The notes under the pieces: model-generated
Database searches by the model: none
The model's input: the letters and a program-made list of their open reading frames with translations, nothing else
Told to the model about the DNA's origin: nothing
NCBI GenBank assembly: GCA_964248365.1
Contig: CAXTYC010000019.1
Span: 35,037 to 99,036, forward strand
Direction of reading: 5' to 3'
From: an uncultured Chroococcidiopsis sp.
Lineage (GTDB): Bacteria > Cyanobacteriota > Cyanobacteriia > Cyanobacteriales > Chroococcidiopsidaceae
DNA: 64,000 nt
Translations under genes and position numbers: made by a program
Shown: piece by piece, positions 1 through 9,316 of the stretch
Layout: the number at the start of each line of letters is the position of its first letter
Numbering within the stretch: the stretch's first letter is position 1

Positions 1-557
1 TCCGAAAGATCTAGCGTAAAACCTGGCAGTACATTTTCCCCTGACAAAAGGGTAATATTTTCTAACGCCTCAACTTCTTGTCCTGGTCGGTAAATTTCTA
101 CTGTTTTACGTTGGGGGTCAATCAGCCAACCTAAACGAACACCGTTATCACGGTATTCTTCCATCTTAGTTTGAAGGATTTTAAGCCTGTCAGAACTCGA
201 ACGCAATTCTATCACAAAGTCGGGTGCAAGAGGCAAAAACTTATCAGGGTCGGGGTTAATTGCTTCAATTCTTTCTCGTCTAACCCAAGCCGCGTCTGGG
301 GAACGCTCTGCACCGTTGGGTAAAGTAAAACCAGTAGAGGAGTCAAAAGCAATACCCTCTTTATTTTGGCGACTCCAAGCTTTGAGCTGATAGATTAATT
401 CGGCGTTGCGTTCCCCTGTTCCCCAACCTGCTGGAGGCATAATAATTAAATTTCCTTCTTTATCCCGTTCTAAACGTAAATCTCTATTGGCAGCCGCAAG
501 TTGTTGAAACTGTTCTGAGGTAAGTTTTGTGATTGGGGACAAGTTTAATGTAAGCAT
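1..557 (-). CDS. Uma2/DUF820 family putative endonuclease (3' end runs off window)
   Basis: Manual minus-strand translation from ATG at 557: MLTLNLSPITKLTSEQFQQLAAANRDLRLER...FDSSTGFTLPNGAERSPDAAWV...APDFVIELRS...GVRLGWLIDP...LSGENVLPGFTLDL, typical Uma2 motifs. Confidence 0.9.
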   Translation of the reverse strand, partial: MLTLNLSPITKLTSEQFQQLAAANRDLRLERDKEGNLIIMPPAGWGTGERNAELIYQLKAWSRQNKEGIAFDSSTGFTLPNGAERSPDAAWVRRERIEAINPDPDKFLPLAPDFVIELRSSSDRLKILQTKMEEYRDNGVRLGWLIDPQRKTVEIYRPGQEVEALENITLLSGENVLPGFTLDLS

Positions 558-594
558 AGTTTTTGCTGGGGTGAACAGCTAGGATTTGTTTATC

Positions 595-847
595 TTCAAC
601 CGATGAGTTGCACCCCCGCGCGTATCGGGGGATGAATCACGGGCAAGAACTTGACTTCACAACCCGTTGTATGAGAATATACTCCTAAACTATCCCTGGA
701 AGTGGGGAAAGTTACGCCTGCGGGAGATACACGTTAAGTGGAGGCTATCCGAAAGATAGTGCTTCGTGTATGCATGACGAATAAGACCGGAGGATACTAA
801 CGGCAAGTCAGCCCAGGAAACCCCCGCGCGTATCGGTGGGTACTTCA
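595..847 (+). mobile_element. Non-autonomous IS200/IS605-family derivative (PATE-like) with probable TnpB omegaRNA-like right end
   Basis: Two copies of the hairpin core CCCCCGCGCGTATCGG (613-628, 821-836); right end finishes GGGTACTTCA; the internal GGAAAGTTACGCCTGCGGGAG...CAGGAAACCCC resembles cyanobacterial tnpB 3' ends; no ORF. Left boundary approximate. Confidence 0.65.
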
Positions 848-870
848 CCCAAGTAGGGTAGAGAAGCACC

Positions 871-1182
871 TCACGCCCTTACTTTCATCAGCAATTCGGA
901 AACGATGTGTTCCCATTCTGAATCTAAGCTAGCTGTAAACTCTGGCTTTCCGCTGCGCTTATACCAGTAATGGGCATTAACTAAGTCACCTTCCTTGCGG
1001 TGCAAATAAGCATGAACCCAAGCACTATCGGCATCATTGCTACTTTGCGATATTTCGTGCGCCATGTCCCAATCGCCTTTTTTGGCGTACCATAGTGCTT
1101 GTAGTGGTTTTGTCAGCGACGACGGACATTGTTCGTGTTGTGCGATCGCTTGTATAAATTCGTCTTTAGTCATGTTCTCCAC
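871..1182 (-). CDS. Conserved hypothetical protein (helical, GDWDxAH...WVHAYLHRKEGD...YWY family)
   Basis: 103-aa ORF 7 bp downstream of the ADH gene; recognisable conserved motif. Confidence 0.8.
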   Translation of the reverse strand: MENMTKDEFIQAIAQHEQCPSSLTKPLQALWYAKKGDWDMAHEISQSSNDADSAWVHAYLHRKEGDLVNAHYWYKRSGKPEFTASLDSEWEHIVSELLMKVRA

Positions 1183-1189
1183 TCAACCT

Positions 1190-2218
1190 TTATATATCTG
1201 GATGGATGGCGACTTTAATTACTCGCCGCTGCTTCATATCTTCAAACACCTGCTCTAAATCTTGCAACGGTCGGTGTTGGCTAATCAATAATTCAAAAGG
1301 AATGACTCGACTTGCTAACAAAGATAACGCGGCGCGTACATATTCTGGAGTGTTGTGAAATACTCCCTTAAGAGTGAGTTCACTGTAGTGCAGTTGTTCT
1401 GTATCTATGGTAATTGTCGTATCTCTGGGACAACCGCCAAATAGATTTACTGTTGCACCTGGACGCGCACAGGCGATCGCAATTTCCCAAACTGAAGGTA
1501 CACCAGTTGCTTCAATCACCACATCTGCACCCCAGCCCTCTGTATATGCTTTGACAAGGGCGGGGATATCTGTATGCTGATGATAATTATAAGTCCGATC
1601 TGCACCCAATTTTTCCCCCATTTGCAACCGCCGATCATTCCCACCAAATAATAATACTTGAGTAGATTGGTGGGCTAATACTGCCACAAACATCAACCCG
1701 ATCGCACCATCTCCTAGCACCACAACCCTATCTGCTGGCTGCACATTTGACCGTGCTACCCCATGCAGCACACAAGCTAGGGGTTCAGTCATAGCTGCTA
1801 CCTCATCCGGCACAGCGCCAATGGGTAACAAATTGTGTTGCACAATCGGGGCAGGAATTTTTAGGTATTGGGCAAAAGTACCATTATTCCAGGTCAAATT
1901 TGGGCAGAGAGAATATTCACAACGTTGACAAAAAAAACATTTCATGCATGGAGCAGAATTATTCGCTACCACGCGATCGCCTATCTGCCAACCCTGCACA
2001 CCTTCCCCCACAGCCACAATTTGCCCAGCTGCCTCATGACCAAACAAAGTAGGGGGTTGAAGCATTTTTGCATGACCCCCCCGCCGCCATACTTTGAGAT
2101 CTGTACCACAAGTCGTTGCTGCTACGACTTTTATCACCACCTCACCCATAGCTGGCGTGGGATCAATAACTTGTTCTAAACGTAAGTCTTCTTGCCCATA
2201 AAGTAGTGCAGCAAGCAT
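1190..2218 (-). CDS. Zinc-dependent alcohol/sugar-alcohol dehydrogenase (MDR family)
   Basis: CGTD, GHE, CxxCxxCx7C structural Zn site, GDGAIG Rossmann motif. Confidence 0.92.
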   Translation of the reverse strand: MLAALLYGQEDLRLEQVIDPTPAMGEVVIKVVAATTCGTDLKVWRRGGHAKMLQPPTLFGHEAAGQIVAVGEGVQGWQIGDRVVANNSAPCMKCFFCQRCEYSLCPNLTWNNGTFAQYLKIPAPIVQHNLLPIGAVPDEVAAMTEPLACVLHGVARSNVQPADRVVVLGDGAIGLMFVAVLAHQSTQVLLFGGNDRRLQMGEKLGADRTYNYHQHTDIPALVKAYTEGWGADVVIEATGVPSVWEIAIACARPGATVNLFGGCPRDTTITIDTEQLHYSELTLKGVFHNTPEYVRAALSLLASRVIPFELLISQHRPLQDLEQVFEDMKQRRVIKVAIHPDI

Positions 2219-2264
2219 TGTTTAACTAGTTCCTAACCATTCCCCGATGATTGTACCAGGTGAA

Positions 2265-2452
2265 GGGGCTAGGGGTTGGGGACTAGGGGCTAGGGGAAGA
2301 GGAACCAGAGGAACCAGAAAAACCAGGGAATTTTGGATCCATAGATTTTGGATAAGAGATTGGGTTTTCTCCTTTGCCCCTTATCCCCAAGTCCCCAAGT
2401 CCCCTGCGTCTTTTTCCCTAGCCCCTAGCCCCTAGCCCCTAGCCCCTAGCCC
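2265..2452. repeat. STRR-type heptamer tandem repeats (GGGGCTA/CCCCTAG) in inverted arrangement
   Basis: ggggctaggggttggggactaggggctagggg ... cccctagcccctagcccctagcccc read directly. Confidence 0.85.
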
Positions 2453-2629
2453 TTAAAGCTTTACAGGTTGTTCGCGTACGTTGGCCGCTTCTGTACGAGG
2501 CGTTTGACTGACTGCAAACAGTGGCACTTCTTGCCAGCAAGAGGTACAGAACCAATAAACTCCACCTTGGCGGATATGACGCAACAAAGAATCACCGCAA
2601 CAAGGACAACTGTTAGTTCTCATAGTCAT
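2453..2629 (-). CDS. Small Cys-rich Zn-ribbon-like protein (58 aa, below the ORF-track cutoff)
   Basis: Manual translation MTMRTNSCPCCGDSLLRHIRQGGVYWFCTSCWQEVPLFAVSQTPRTEAANVREQPVKL*; CPCC...CxxC; 29 bp downstream of GT4 on the same strand. Confidence 0.75.
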   Translation of the reverse strand: MTMRTNSCPCCGDSLLRHIRQGGVYWFCTSCWQEVPLFAVSQTPRTEAANVREQPVKL

Positions 2630-2658
2630 GTTTTTATGTCCAAATTCAAAAAAGTTGA

Positions 2659-3729
2659 TTAAAACGAAACTTTGGCTGAAATAAGATGCCCGTTTGAAGC
2701 TATTCGACTTTTGAGCAACTGTTGATAAGCTGCCTCGTATCCGTCTACCATTTGCGTAACACTAAAGTTGTTTTTTACATATTCTCGACAAGTCCGACGA
2801 TCCAATTCCAAAGCAGCTGGAATCATGGTTGCCATTTCTTCGTAACTGTTGCAGATAAACCCACTCTTGCCATGATCGATTACCTCTGGTACAGAACCTA
2901 TATTCATCCCCAGCACTGGTGTGCCTGTTGCCATTGACTCGATCATCACTAAGCCAAACGGTTCATTCCAGTTAATCGGAAACAATGTGAGTGCAGCATT
3001 ACCCAGTAATTCAACTTTCTGCTCGTGGTTGACTTCACCCAGGTATTCAATTTGCTTACCATCTATGTGGGGGGCAATTTCTGTCTCAAAGAACTGCCGT
3101 TCGACTGCGTCAATTTTGCCTGCCATCTTCAAATGCCAACCTGTCTGCTTGGCAATGGCGATCGCGTGTTGTGGTCCTTTTTCCGGTGATAGACGACCTA
3201 AGAAGGCAAGATATGGTGGCTGTGCTTGGGGAGAAGCACAGAAGCTATAATTTTCTAAATCAATGCCGTTATAAACAGTACGCAGATAATTTAGATCTAG
3301 TTGCCGCTGAGCATTACTAATACTGATATATGGCTGTTTGCGATGTAACTGAAATACTTTGCTAGTATCTGCTTTAAAGTTATTGTGCAGCGTGTGGATT
3401 GTTGGCGTTTTTACCAATTCTGCTATTGTCAGCGGTGCTATACCTATGTGAGAATGGATAATGTCAAATTCCGCTGCTTGTTTGTATACCTGACTTACTT
3501 CCAGCGTTTCGTAGACCGAATAATCTTTGATCTGCTGGTCTAACCGGATAGCACGGGGATATACTGCTTCTAAGCGAGCTAGAGTTTGAGAGTCGCCAGA
3601 AGCAAACAAAGTTACTTCGTGACCCCGACGCACTAGTTCATCAGTTAAATGACTGACAACTAATTCAATGCCGCCGTAAGTTGGTGGAGGAACTCGCTCC
3701 CATAAGGGCGCAACTTGAGCAATTTTCAT
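2659..3729 (-). CDS. Glycosyltransferase family 4
   Basis: MKIAQVAPLWERVPPPTYGGIE, GRLSPEKG, EPFGLVMIESMATGTPV. Confidence 0.93.
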   Translation of the reverse strand: MKIAQVAPLWERVPPPTYGGIELVVSHLTDELVRRGHEVTLFASGDSQTLARLEAVYPRAIRLDQQIKDYSVYETLEVSQVYKQAAEFDIIHSHIGIAPLTIAELVKTPTIHTLHNNFKADTSKVFQLHRKQPYISISNAQRQLDLNYLRTVYNGIDLENYSFCASPQAQPPYLAFLGRLSPEKGPQHAIAIAKQTGWHLKMAGKIDAVERQFFETEIAPHIDGKQIEYLGEVNHEQKVELLGNAALTLFPINWNEPFGLVMIESMATGTPVLGMNIGSVPEVIDHGKSGFICNSYEEMATMIPAALELDRRTCREYVKNNFSVTQMVDGYEAAYQQLLKSRIASNGHLISAKVSF

Positions 3730-4145
3730 CTTGTTTTTGTTGGTTCAGTAGATAAAATAGTAGAAACTAGTGTTTAACACCTGGTAACACCTGCTTCAGC
3801 CAAAGGCTAAGGTATGTATACCTAAATTGAAAAACACTAAATTAACCTTAACTCCTGAAACAGCAGTAGTTTGGTTAACCGTACTACTATCAACCCATCA
3901 GATTTATAATCTATAACTTGTTCTTATGTAGCCTCATCTATCCTGGGGATCATCTACAGGTGGGGCTTGTAGGGATTTTCATCAGCTCCAGATCTTGCAT
4001 CTGCGTTTGTTGTCAGAAGGCTCTTGCCTCCTACGCCTCGTTCCCTAGCCCCTCCTGGGAACCAAAAGATAGAGAAGAGCCTCTTTTAAATACTGGTGCA
4101 AGATATGAGACAAGCAAAGGTGTATGCCTAGTGACAAACCGCAAC

Positions 4146-4200
4146 AACAAAAGCGATCGCACCCCGAATTGCTGCCCTAAGGGGTGCGATCGCTTTTGTT
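4146..4200. terminator. Long inverted repeat with HIP1 in both arms, downstream of moeB
   Basis: aacaaaagcgatcgcacccc ... ggggtgcgatcgcttttgtt. Confidence 0.6.
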
Positions 4201-4271
4201 GACATCCTGTGCGTCTTATGCAATTTATCTGAGCAAAATCACCAAGACACAAAAATTATTCCAGGTAATAC

Positions 4272-5444
4272 TTAATACTCAGGCACAGACGAATCAACTT
4301 GTTGACTCCAGGCAGTAATTCCTCCCTTCACATTCGTACCTTCAATTCCCGCTTGCTTCAAAATACTCAAAGCCTTCGCCGATCGCCCACCTAGCTTACA
4401 ATGAGCAATTAGGCGATGACCGTTGAGAATTTCCTTCACCTTGGCTACACCTTCACCATTTTCAATATCTGGTAAAGGCACTAAAACAGAACCAGGAATC
4501 TTGGCAATTTCATACTCATTCGGGTTACGCACATCTAGCAGCACAAAATCATTCGCACCGCTATCAATCAATTCCTTCAATTCCTGCACAGTCATTTCGG
4601 ACATTTCCATCTGTCGTTTTGCCTCCTCTGCCTTAGCTTGGGGAATACCACAGAAAAATTCGTAGTCGATTAACTTCTCAATGACAGGACGTACCGGATT
4701 AGGACGTAATTTCAATTCACGGAACTTCATTTCTAGAGCATTGTATAACAACAACCGCCCGCTTAACGTCGTCCCTTGTCCTAAAATAATTTTGACAGCT
4801 TCCGTAGCCTGGATTGTGCCGATAATGCCGCACAGCACACCTAGTACACCACCTTCAGCACAAGAAGGAACCATCCCAGGTGGTGGTGGTTCTGGATATA
4901 AATCGCGGTAATTGGGACCACCTTCGTAGTTAAATACTGTTGCTTGCCCTTCAAATCGGAAAATCGAACCGTAGACATTGGGCTTGTTTAACAACACGCA
5001 GGCATCATTAACTAGATACCTAGTAGGAAAATTGTCTGTGCCATCTACAATCACATCGTAAGGTTCCATGAGAGAGAGGGCATTTTCAGAAGTTATCCGA
5101 GTTTCATAAAGATCCACCTGACAATCAGGATTAATCTCTAAAACCCGATTTTTAGCAGATTCAATCTTGGGCTTGCCTATCCAAGAAGTACTGTGGATAA
5201 TTTGACGATGCAGATTAGAATTATCTACAACATCAAAATCTACAATTCCAATACGTCCTACTCCGGCTGCTGCTAAATATAACAGCAAGGGAGAACCTAG
5301 CCCACCTGTACCAATACAAAGGACGCTGGCAGCTTTCAGGCGTTTCTGCCCTTCTAGCCCTACCTCTGGCAAAATGATGTGGCGGGAATACCGTGCGTAT
5401 TCTTCTTTAGTTAATTGGATTTCATCCAAATTGGGATTGAGCAT
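4272..5444 (-). CDS. moeB: MoeB/MoeZ-type E1-like adenylyltransferase with C-terminal rhodanese domain
   Basis: RYSRHIILPEVG, GTGGLG, SNLHRQ, DGTDNFPTRYL, SCAEGGVLG, rhodanese CKLGGRS. Confidence 0.92.
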   Translation of the reverse strand: MLNPNLDEIQLTKEEYARYSRHIILPEVGLEGQKRLKAASVLCIGTGGLGSPLLLYLAAAGVGRIGIVDFDVVDNSNLHRQIIHSTSWIGKPKIESAKNRVLEINPDCQVDLYETRITSENALSLMEPYDVIVDGTDNFPTRYLVNDACVLLNKPNVYGSIFRFEGQATVFNYEGGPNYRDLYPEPPPPGMVPSCAEGGVLGVLCGIIGTIQATEAVKIILGQGTTLSGRLLLYNALEMKFRELKLRPNPVRPVIEKLIDYEFFCGIPQAKAEEAKRQMEMSEMTVQELKELIDSGANDFVLLDVRNPNEYEIAKIPGSVLVPLPDIENGEGVAKVKEILNGHRLIAHCKLGGRSAKALSILKQAGIEGTNVKGGITAWSQQVDSSVPEY

Positions 5445-5535
5445 AGCAGTTTGATGGGAGGGAGCGGATTTAATATCCTAAGCTAAAAACAAGATCCTTT
5501 TGTAAGAGAGTTTTAAATAATTTAATTTAAATTAT

Positions 5536-6015
5536 TTAAATTAGCTTTTCCACAATAATTTCTTCTGGTTGGAACTGGTGGTTATCATCAAGACTCCAGC
5601 TCTTCAGTTCCCCAGCTTTGCCTTGTGGTACAGAAACAATGATATATGAATAGGTTTGCCAAGCACACACTCGATCAAAATGAGATGGTATTGCCGGATG
5701 ATCTGGGTGAGAATGATAAATTCCAATTATATCAAGCTGGCGATCGCGTGCTTGTTTTTGTACTTGCAATATTACCTCTGGGGCGATCGTGTAATGGCTG
5801 TTTTTATCCGCACCCGAATCGATTGATGCATCAATTTGGGCAAAAGACTCAACCGCCTCGCCACTCCAAGCGTTTTCGGTTGCTATCACTTCCACCAACA
5901 TTTTCCCATTCTGACTGTTTTTACCCAACAACAACCCACAGCACTCATGAGGATAAGTACTTTCGGCATGGGCGCAAATCGCCCTAAGATGTTCGACAGC
6001 AAGTTTAAGAGTCAC
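5536..6015 (-). CDS. M67/JAB (Mov34) metallopeptidase
   Basis: YPHECCGLLLG and YHSHPDHPAIPSHFD JAMM motif; upstream of moeB. Confidence 0.9.
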   Translation of the reverse strand: MTLKLAVEHLRAICAHAESTYPHECCGLLLGKNSQNGKMLVEVIATENAWSGEAVESFAQIDASIDSGADKNSHYTIAPEVILQVQKQARDRQLDIIGIYHSHPDHPAIPSHFDRVCAWQTYSYIIVSVPQGKAGELKSWSLDDNHQFQPEEIIVEKLI

Positions 6016-6143
6016 AATTTAATGAGGGGCTAGGGGCTAGGGGCTGGAGGAAAGCTGGGGGGGAAAATACCCTCTTCCCTTAACTGGTAACTGGTAACTG
6101 GTAACTGATCTTTACCCTTTCCCTAGCCCCTAGTCTCTAACCC

Positions 6144-6878
6144 CTAGCCCCTCTCTTTAAGCGCACCGAGATATAATTCTGCTACTTTGGGATCGTTGAG
6201 TAGTTCATTGCCTGCACCGGAAAAGCGATCGCGTCCAGTATCCAAAACATAAGCTCGATGTGCCATTGCTAAGGCTTTACGGGCATTCTGTTCTACCAAG
6301 ACAATTGCACATCCCCCCTGGTTTATTTGTTGAATTTGTTCAAATACACCATTTACCAACAGGGGGGACAACGCTGCACTCGGTTCATCTAGTAGCAATA
6401 AGTTCGGTTCAAGCATCAAAGCTTTGCCCATTGCCAACATCTGACGTTCACCACCCGAAAGAGTGCCTGCCTTTTGACTGCGTCGATTAGCTAGGGCAGG
6501 AAAAGTTGTGTATATTTTATCTTTAAGGGGAGTTAAAGCACAATTGCGAATATAAGCTCCCATTTCCAAATTCTCTTCTACACTTAGGGATGGGAAGACG
6601 TTAGATATTTGCGGTACATAGCACATCCCCCGTTGAACAATTTGGTTCGACTTTAATTTGATAATATTCTCACCTTTGAACGTAATTCTACCTTTGTGAG
6701 GAGTGAGTAACCCAAAGATAGTTTTGGCGAGGGTGGACTTACCAGCACCATTGGGACCAATTACTGCTACTAGTTCTCCTGGTACAATGCGAAAATTCAC
6801 GCCTTGGAGGATGTCTAGGTCTTTGATGTATCCAGCCCAGACATCTTCAACTTCTAATAATGGAGGGCGATCGTTCAT
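6144..6878 (-). CDS. Branched/neutral amino-acid ABC transporter ATP-binding subunit (LivF/NatE-like)
   Basis: GPNGAGKS, LSGGERQMLAMG, LLLDEPS, LVEQNARKAL. Confidence 0.9.
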   Translation of the reverse strand: MNDRPPLLEVEDVWAGYIKDLDILQGVNFRIVPGELVAVIGPNGAGKSTLAKTIFGLLTPHKGRITFKGENIIKLKSNQIVQRGMCYVPQISNVFPSLSVEENLEMGAYIRNCALTPLKDKIYTTFPALANRRSQKAGTLSGGERQMLAMGKALMLEPNLLLLDEPSAALSPLLVNGVFEQIQQINQGGCAIVLVEQNARKALAMAHRAYVLDTGRDRFSGAGNELLNDPKVAELYLGALKERG

Positions 6879-6950
6879 AGTCAGCTTTCAGCTTGAGAGC
6901 AATCAGCATTTAGCTTATCCTATACACGAAAGCTACTAAACCTATTACTT

Positions 6951-7178
6951 TCATTTTGGTGTCTTTTGTAGATCGGGTCTCTCTTCTGGTACTATAGCCT
7001 CTTCTACTGGGCAGACTTGTAGACAAATGCCGCAGTCTATGCAAGTGGTAAAATCAATCCAGTACCAGTCATTACCCTTAACATTTTTCCCAGGACCTGG
7101 GTGAATGCAAGCTACGGGGCAGGCATCAACGCAATCAGCAACGCCTTCGCAAATCTCGGTAACAATTGTGTGTGGCAT
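6951..7178 (-). CDS. Dicluster ferredoxin, likely [3Fe-4S][4Fe-4S] (copy A)
   Basis: CEGVADCVDACP (CxxVxxC) and CIDCGICLQVCP. Confidence 0.9.
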   Translation of the reverse strand: MPHTIVTEICEGVADCVDACPVACIHPGPGKNVKGNDWYWIDFTTCIDCGICLQVCPVEEAIVPEERPDLQKTPK

Positions 7179-7472
7179 ATTGTATCTCTTGGAATCTTTT
7201 TGACAGTAGCGTTAATGCATTTTTTCTAGTTTAGCTAAAAATACTGGGCTATTTAGGTACGCTGAAAATCTACCTATCAAATGTGTTAAAATATCCTATT
7301 TTAAATCTAATTCTTGGCTTTTTTACTGTTTACCTAACTCCACTTATGTGTATTATGAGTTGAAATTTTCCTTGTAGGATTGAATACACATAAACCCCTT
7401 TTTTAGGTTTTATCATAAACTTTACTGTTCACTGATAACTGATAACTGATCGAAGCACTCTAAAAATGGAAA

Positions 7473-7715
7473 TTAGGAAAATTTCTGCATAACCGTTTTC
7501 TGTAGATCCGGTCTTGCTTCTGGAACAATTGCCCCTTCAGTTGGACAAACTTGTAGACAAATACCGCAATCTATACAGGTAGAGAAGTCAATCCAGTTCC
7601 AATCATCACTACCCTTGGCGTTTTTACCTGAACCTGGATGAATGCAGGCAACAGGACAGGCAACAATGCAATCAGCAACGCCTTCGCACATATCAGTAAT
7701 AATTGTGTACGGCAT
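7473..7715 (-). CDS. Dicluster ferredoxin, likely [3Fe-4S][4Fe-4S] (copy B, tandem paralog)
   Basis: Same Cys motifs; closely similar to copy A. Confidence 0.88.
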   Translation of the reverse strand: MPYTIITDMCEGVADCIVACPVACIHPGSGKNAKGSDDWNWIDFSTCIDCGICLQVCPTEGAIVPEARPDLQKTVMQKFS

Positions 7716-7994
7716 AGGTTGTTTTCACATTTTTGCAGGATTTAATTACTTTTCCCAGAATATAATCTTGTTACTATGTCGCTATCTACCTACGGTGTGA
7801 GCCAAATGTTAAGTTAGTTGGTGTTAATGAGAACAAGAAGGAATTCAAAATTCCAATTAGGAATTAAACAGCAGCTATAAATTACCTTTTGTAGGTAATT
7901 TATTCAATTGTTATTTATACCAATAAGATATCATTATTTTGTGTTTCATATTATCCATCTGGTTAATTACGAATTACGAATTATGAATAACGAA

Positions 7995-9227
7995 TTATTT
8001 CGTTAATGGTTCAATTGCTGGTAAACCTTCTGCTGTAATCCAAGCAATTTGTTGGATGCGGCGACTACGGGCGTAGTCACGGATAGCATCGGGTTGGCGA
8101 TCGCCTAAATCCATTTCCACCCGCACTAGATGATGAGAATTTCTCAATTTCTCAGCATAGGCGAAGGCTGCGGTATAAGCGCCAGCTAATGGTACAACAA
8201 GCCAGTTAATCACTGGTGTAACTTGTGGTAGCTGATTGGTAGATAACAGAACTTGTTGTAAATCTTCGATATTGAGGACAAAGCCAATACCAGGAATAGT
8301 TTGAGCTTGGGGATGATAGAGGGCAAGCAGTTGATCGTAGCGACCGCCTTGCCCTAATATACGTGGTTGATGCTCATTGCTTACGACTTCAAACACGATG
8401 CCAGTGTAGTAGTCAAAGGTTTGGAGCAAGCTAAAGTCTAGGATCAAAGGGAAATTTTTAGCACAACCCGATACAGCTAAGGATTGATCTAGTAATTCAA
8501 TCAGTGATTTGAGATGATTGAGCGCATCTTGCTGAGATTTGTCAAGATCAAAGCTAGCAACTTTTTGTAATACATCAGCAGGGTGTCCACGCAAATCGAG
8601 CATCAGCAGCGCTCTAGAGCGTAATTCATCACCAAGAGGCAGAGTTTCCAGGGTAACACGGTCAAGATGAGCGATCGCAGTTCGCACCTGGTTTTGTAAA
8701 TGGGGGGGAAACGGCGATAAAAGCGATCGAGCAATTCCAGCCTCTCCTAGAATCAAACACCATTGATTCAAACCCAGTTGATTTAGACACTCGGCGAGCA
8801 ACAGCAGTACCTCAGCATCAGCCAGCCAGCCACCACCACCCAGTAACTCTACCCCAGCTTGATAAAACTCCAGCTGACGATTATAACTGTCAGTGTCAGA
8901 TATACGGCGAAACACATTGGCATTGTAGTAGAGACGTTGGGGGTAGGTAGCTCCCGCCATGCGGGTGACAGCTGTTCGTGCAATAGAGGCTGTCAACTCT
9001 GGACGTAGCCCTAATTCTTCCTCTTGTGCATCGTCAATTCTAATTACAGTTGAGCGCCCAATAGCTCCGCCAGCCATTAGCGTATCTAATCGTTCTAAAG
9101 TGGAAGTGATAATCTGGTGATAACCCCAGCGCTCGAACACTTGCTGTAATCGCTCTTCAACAGTGCGTTTTTGAGCCACATCCAGGGGTAATAAATCTCT
9201 TGCACCAGCAGGCGGTTGATAAACCAT
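7995..9227 (-). CDS. hisZ: ATP phosphoribosyltransferase regulatory subunit
   Basis: PAGARDLLP, LRPELTASIAR, EFYQAGVELLG, YYTGIVFE, GGRYDQLL (HisRS-like fold). Confidence 0.92.
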   Translation of the reverse strand: MVYQPPAGARDLLPLDVAQKRTVEERLQQVFERWGYHQIITSTLERLDTLMAGGAIGRSTVIRIDDAQEEELGLRPELTASIARTAVTRMAGATYPQRLYYNANVFRRISDTDSYNRQLEFYQAGVELLGGGGWLADAEVLLLLAECLNQLGLNQWCLILGEAGIARSLLSPFPPHLQNQVRTAIAHLDRVTLETLPLGDELRSRALLMLDLRGHPADVLQKVASFDLDKSQQDALNHLKSLIELLDQSLAVSGCAKNFPLILDFSLLQTFDYYTGIVFEVVSNEHQPRILGQGGRYDQLLALYHPQAQTIPGIGFVLNIEDLQQVLLSTNQLPQVTPVINWLVVPLAGAYTAAFAYAEKLRNSHHLVRVEMDLGDRQPDAIRDYARSRRIQQIAWITAEGLPAIEPLTK

Positions 9228-9316
9228 CAAATGTAGAAAAGTAGGGAGTAGGGAGTAGTGAATACTTAATACTTCCCACTAAAGTACAACAAAAGTGATT
9301 AATTTAAAGAGTCTAT

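Noticed and set aside
2247..2435. 62-aa ORF, and similarly 11184-11390
   Set aside because: Translation of intergenic STRR/REP repeats.
4272..6015. E1 + JAB as a CBASS/Bil-type ubiquitin-like defence system
   Set aside because: Classical MoeZ-rhodanese plus Mec-like sulfur-relay pair; no E2, Ubl or cyclase nearby.
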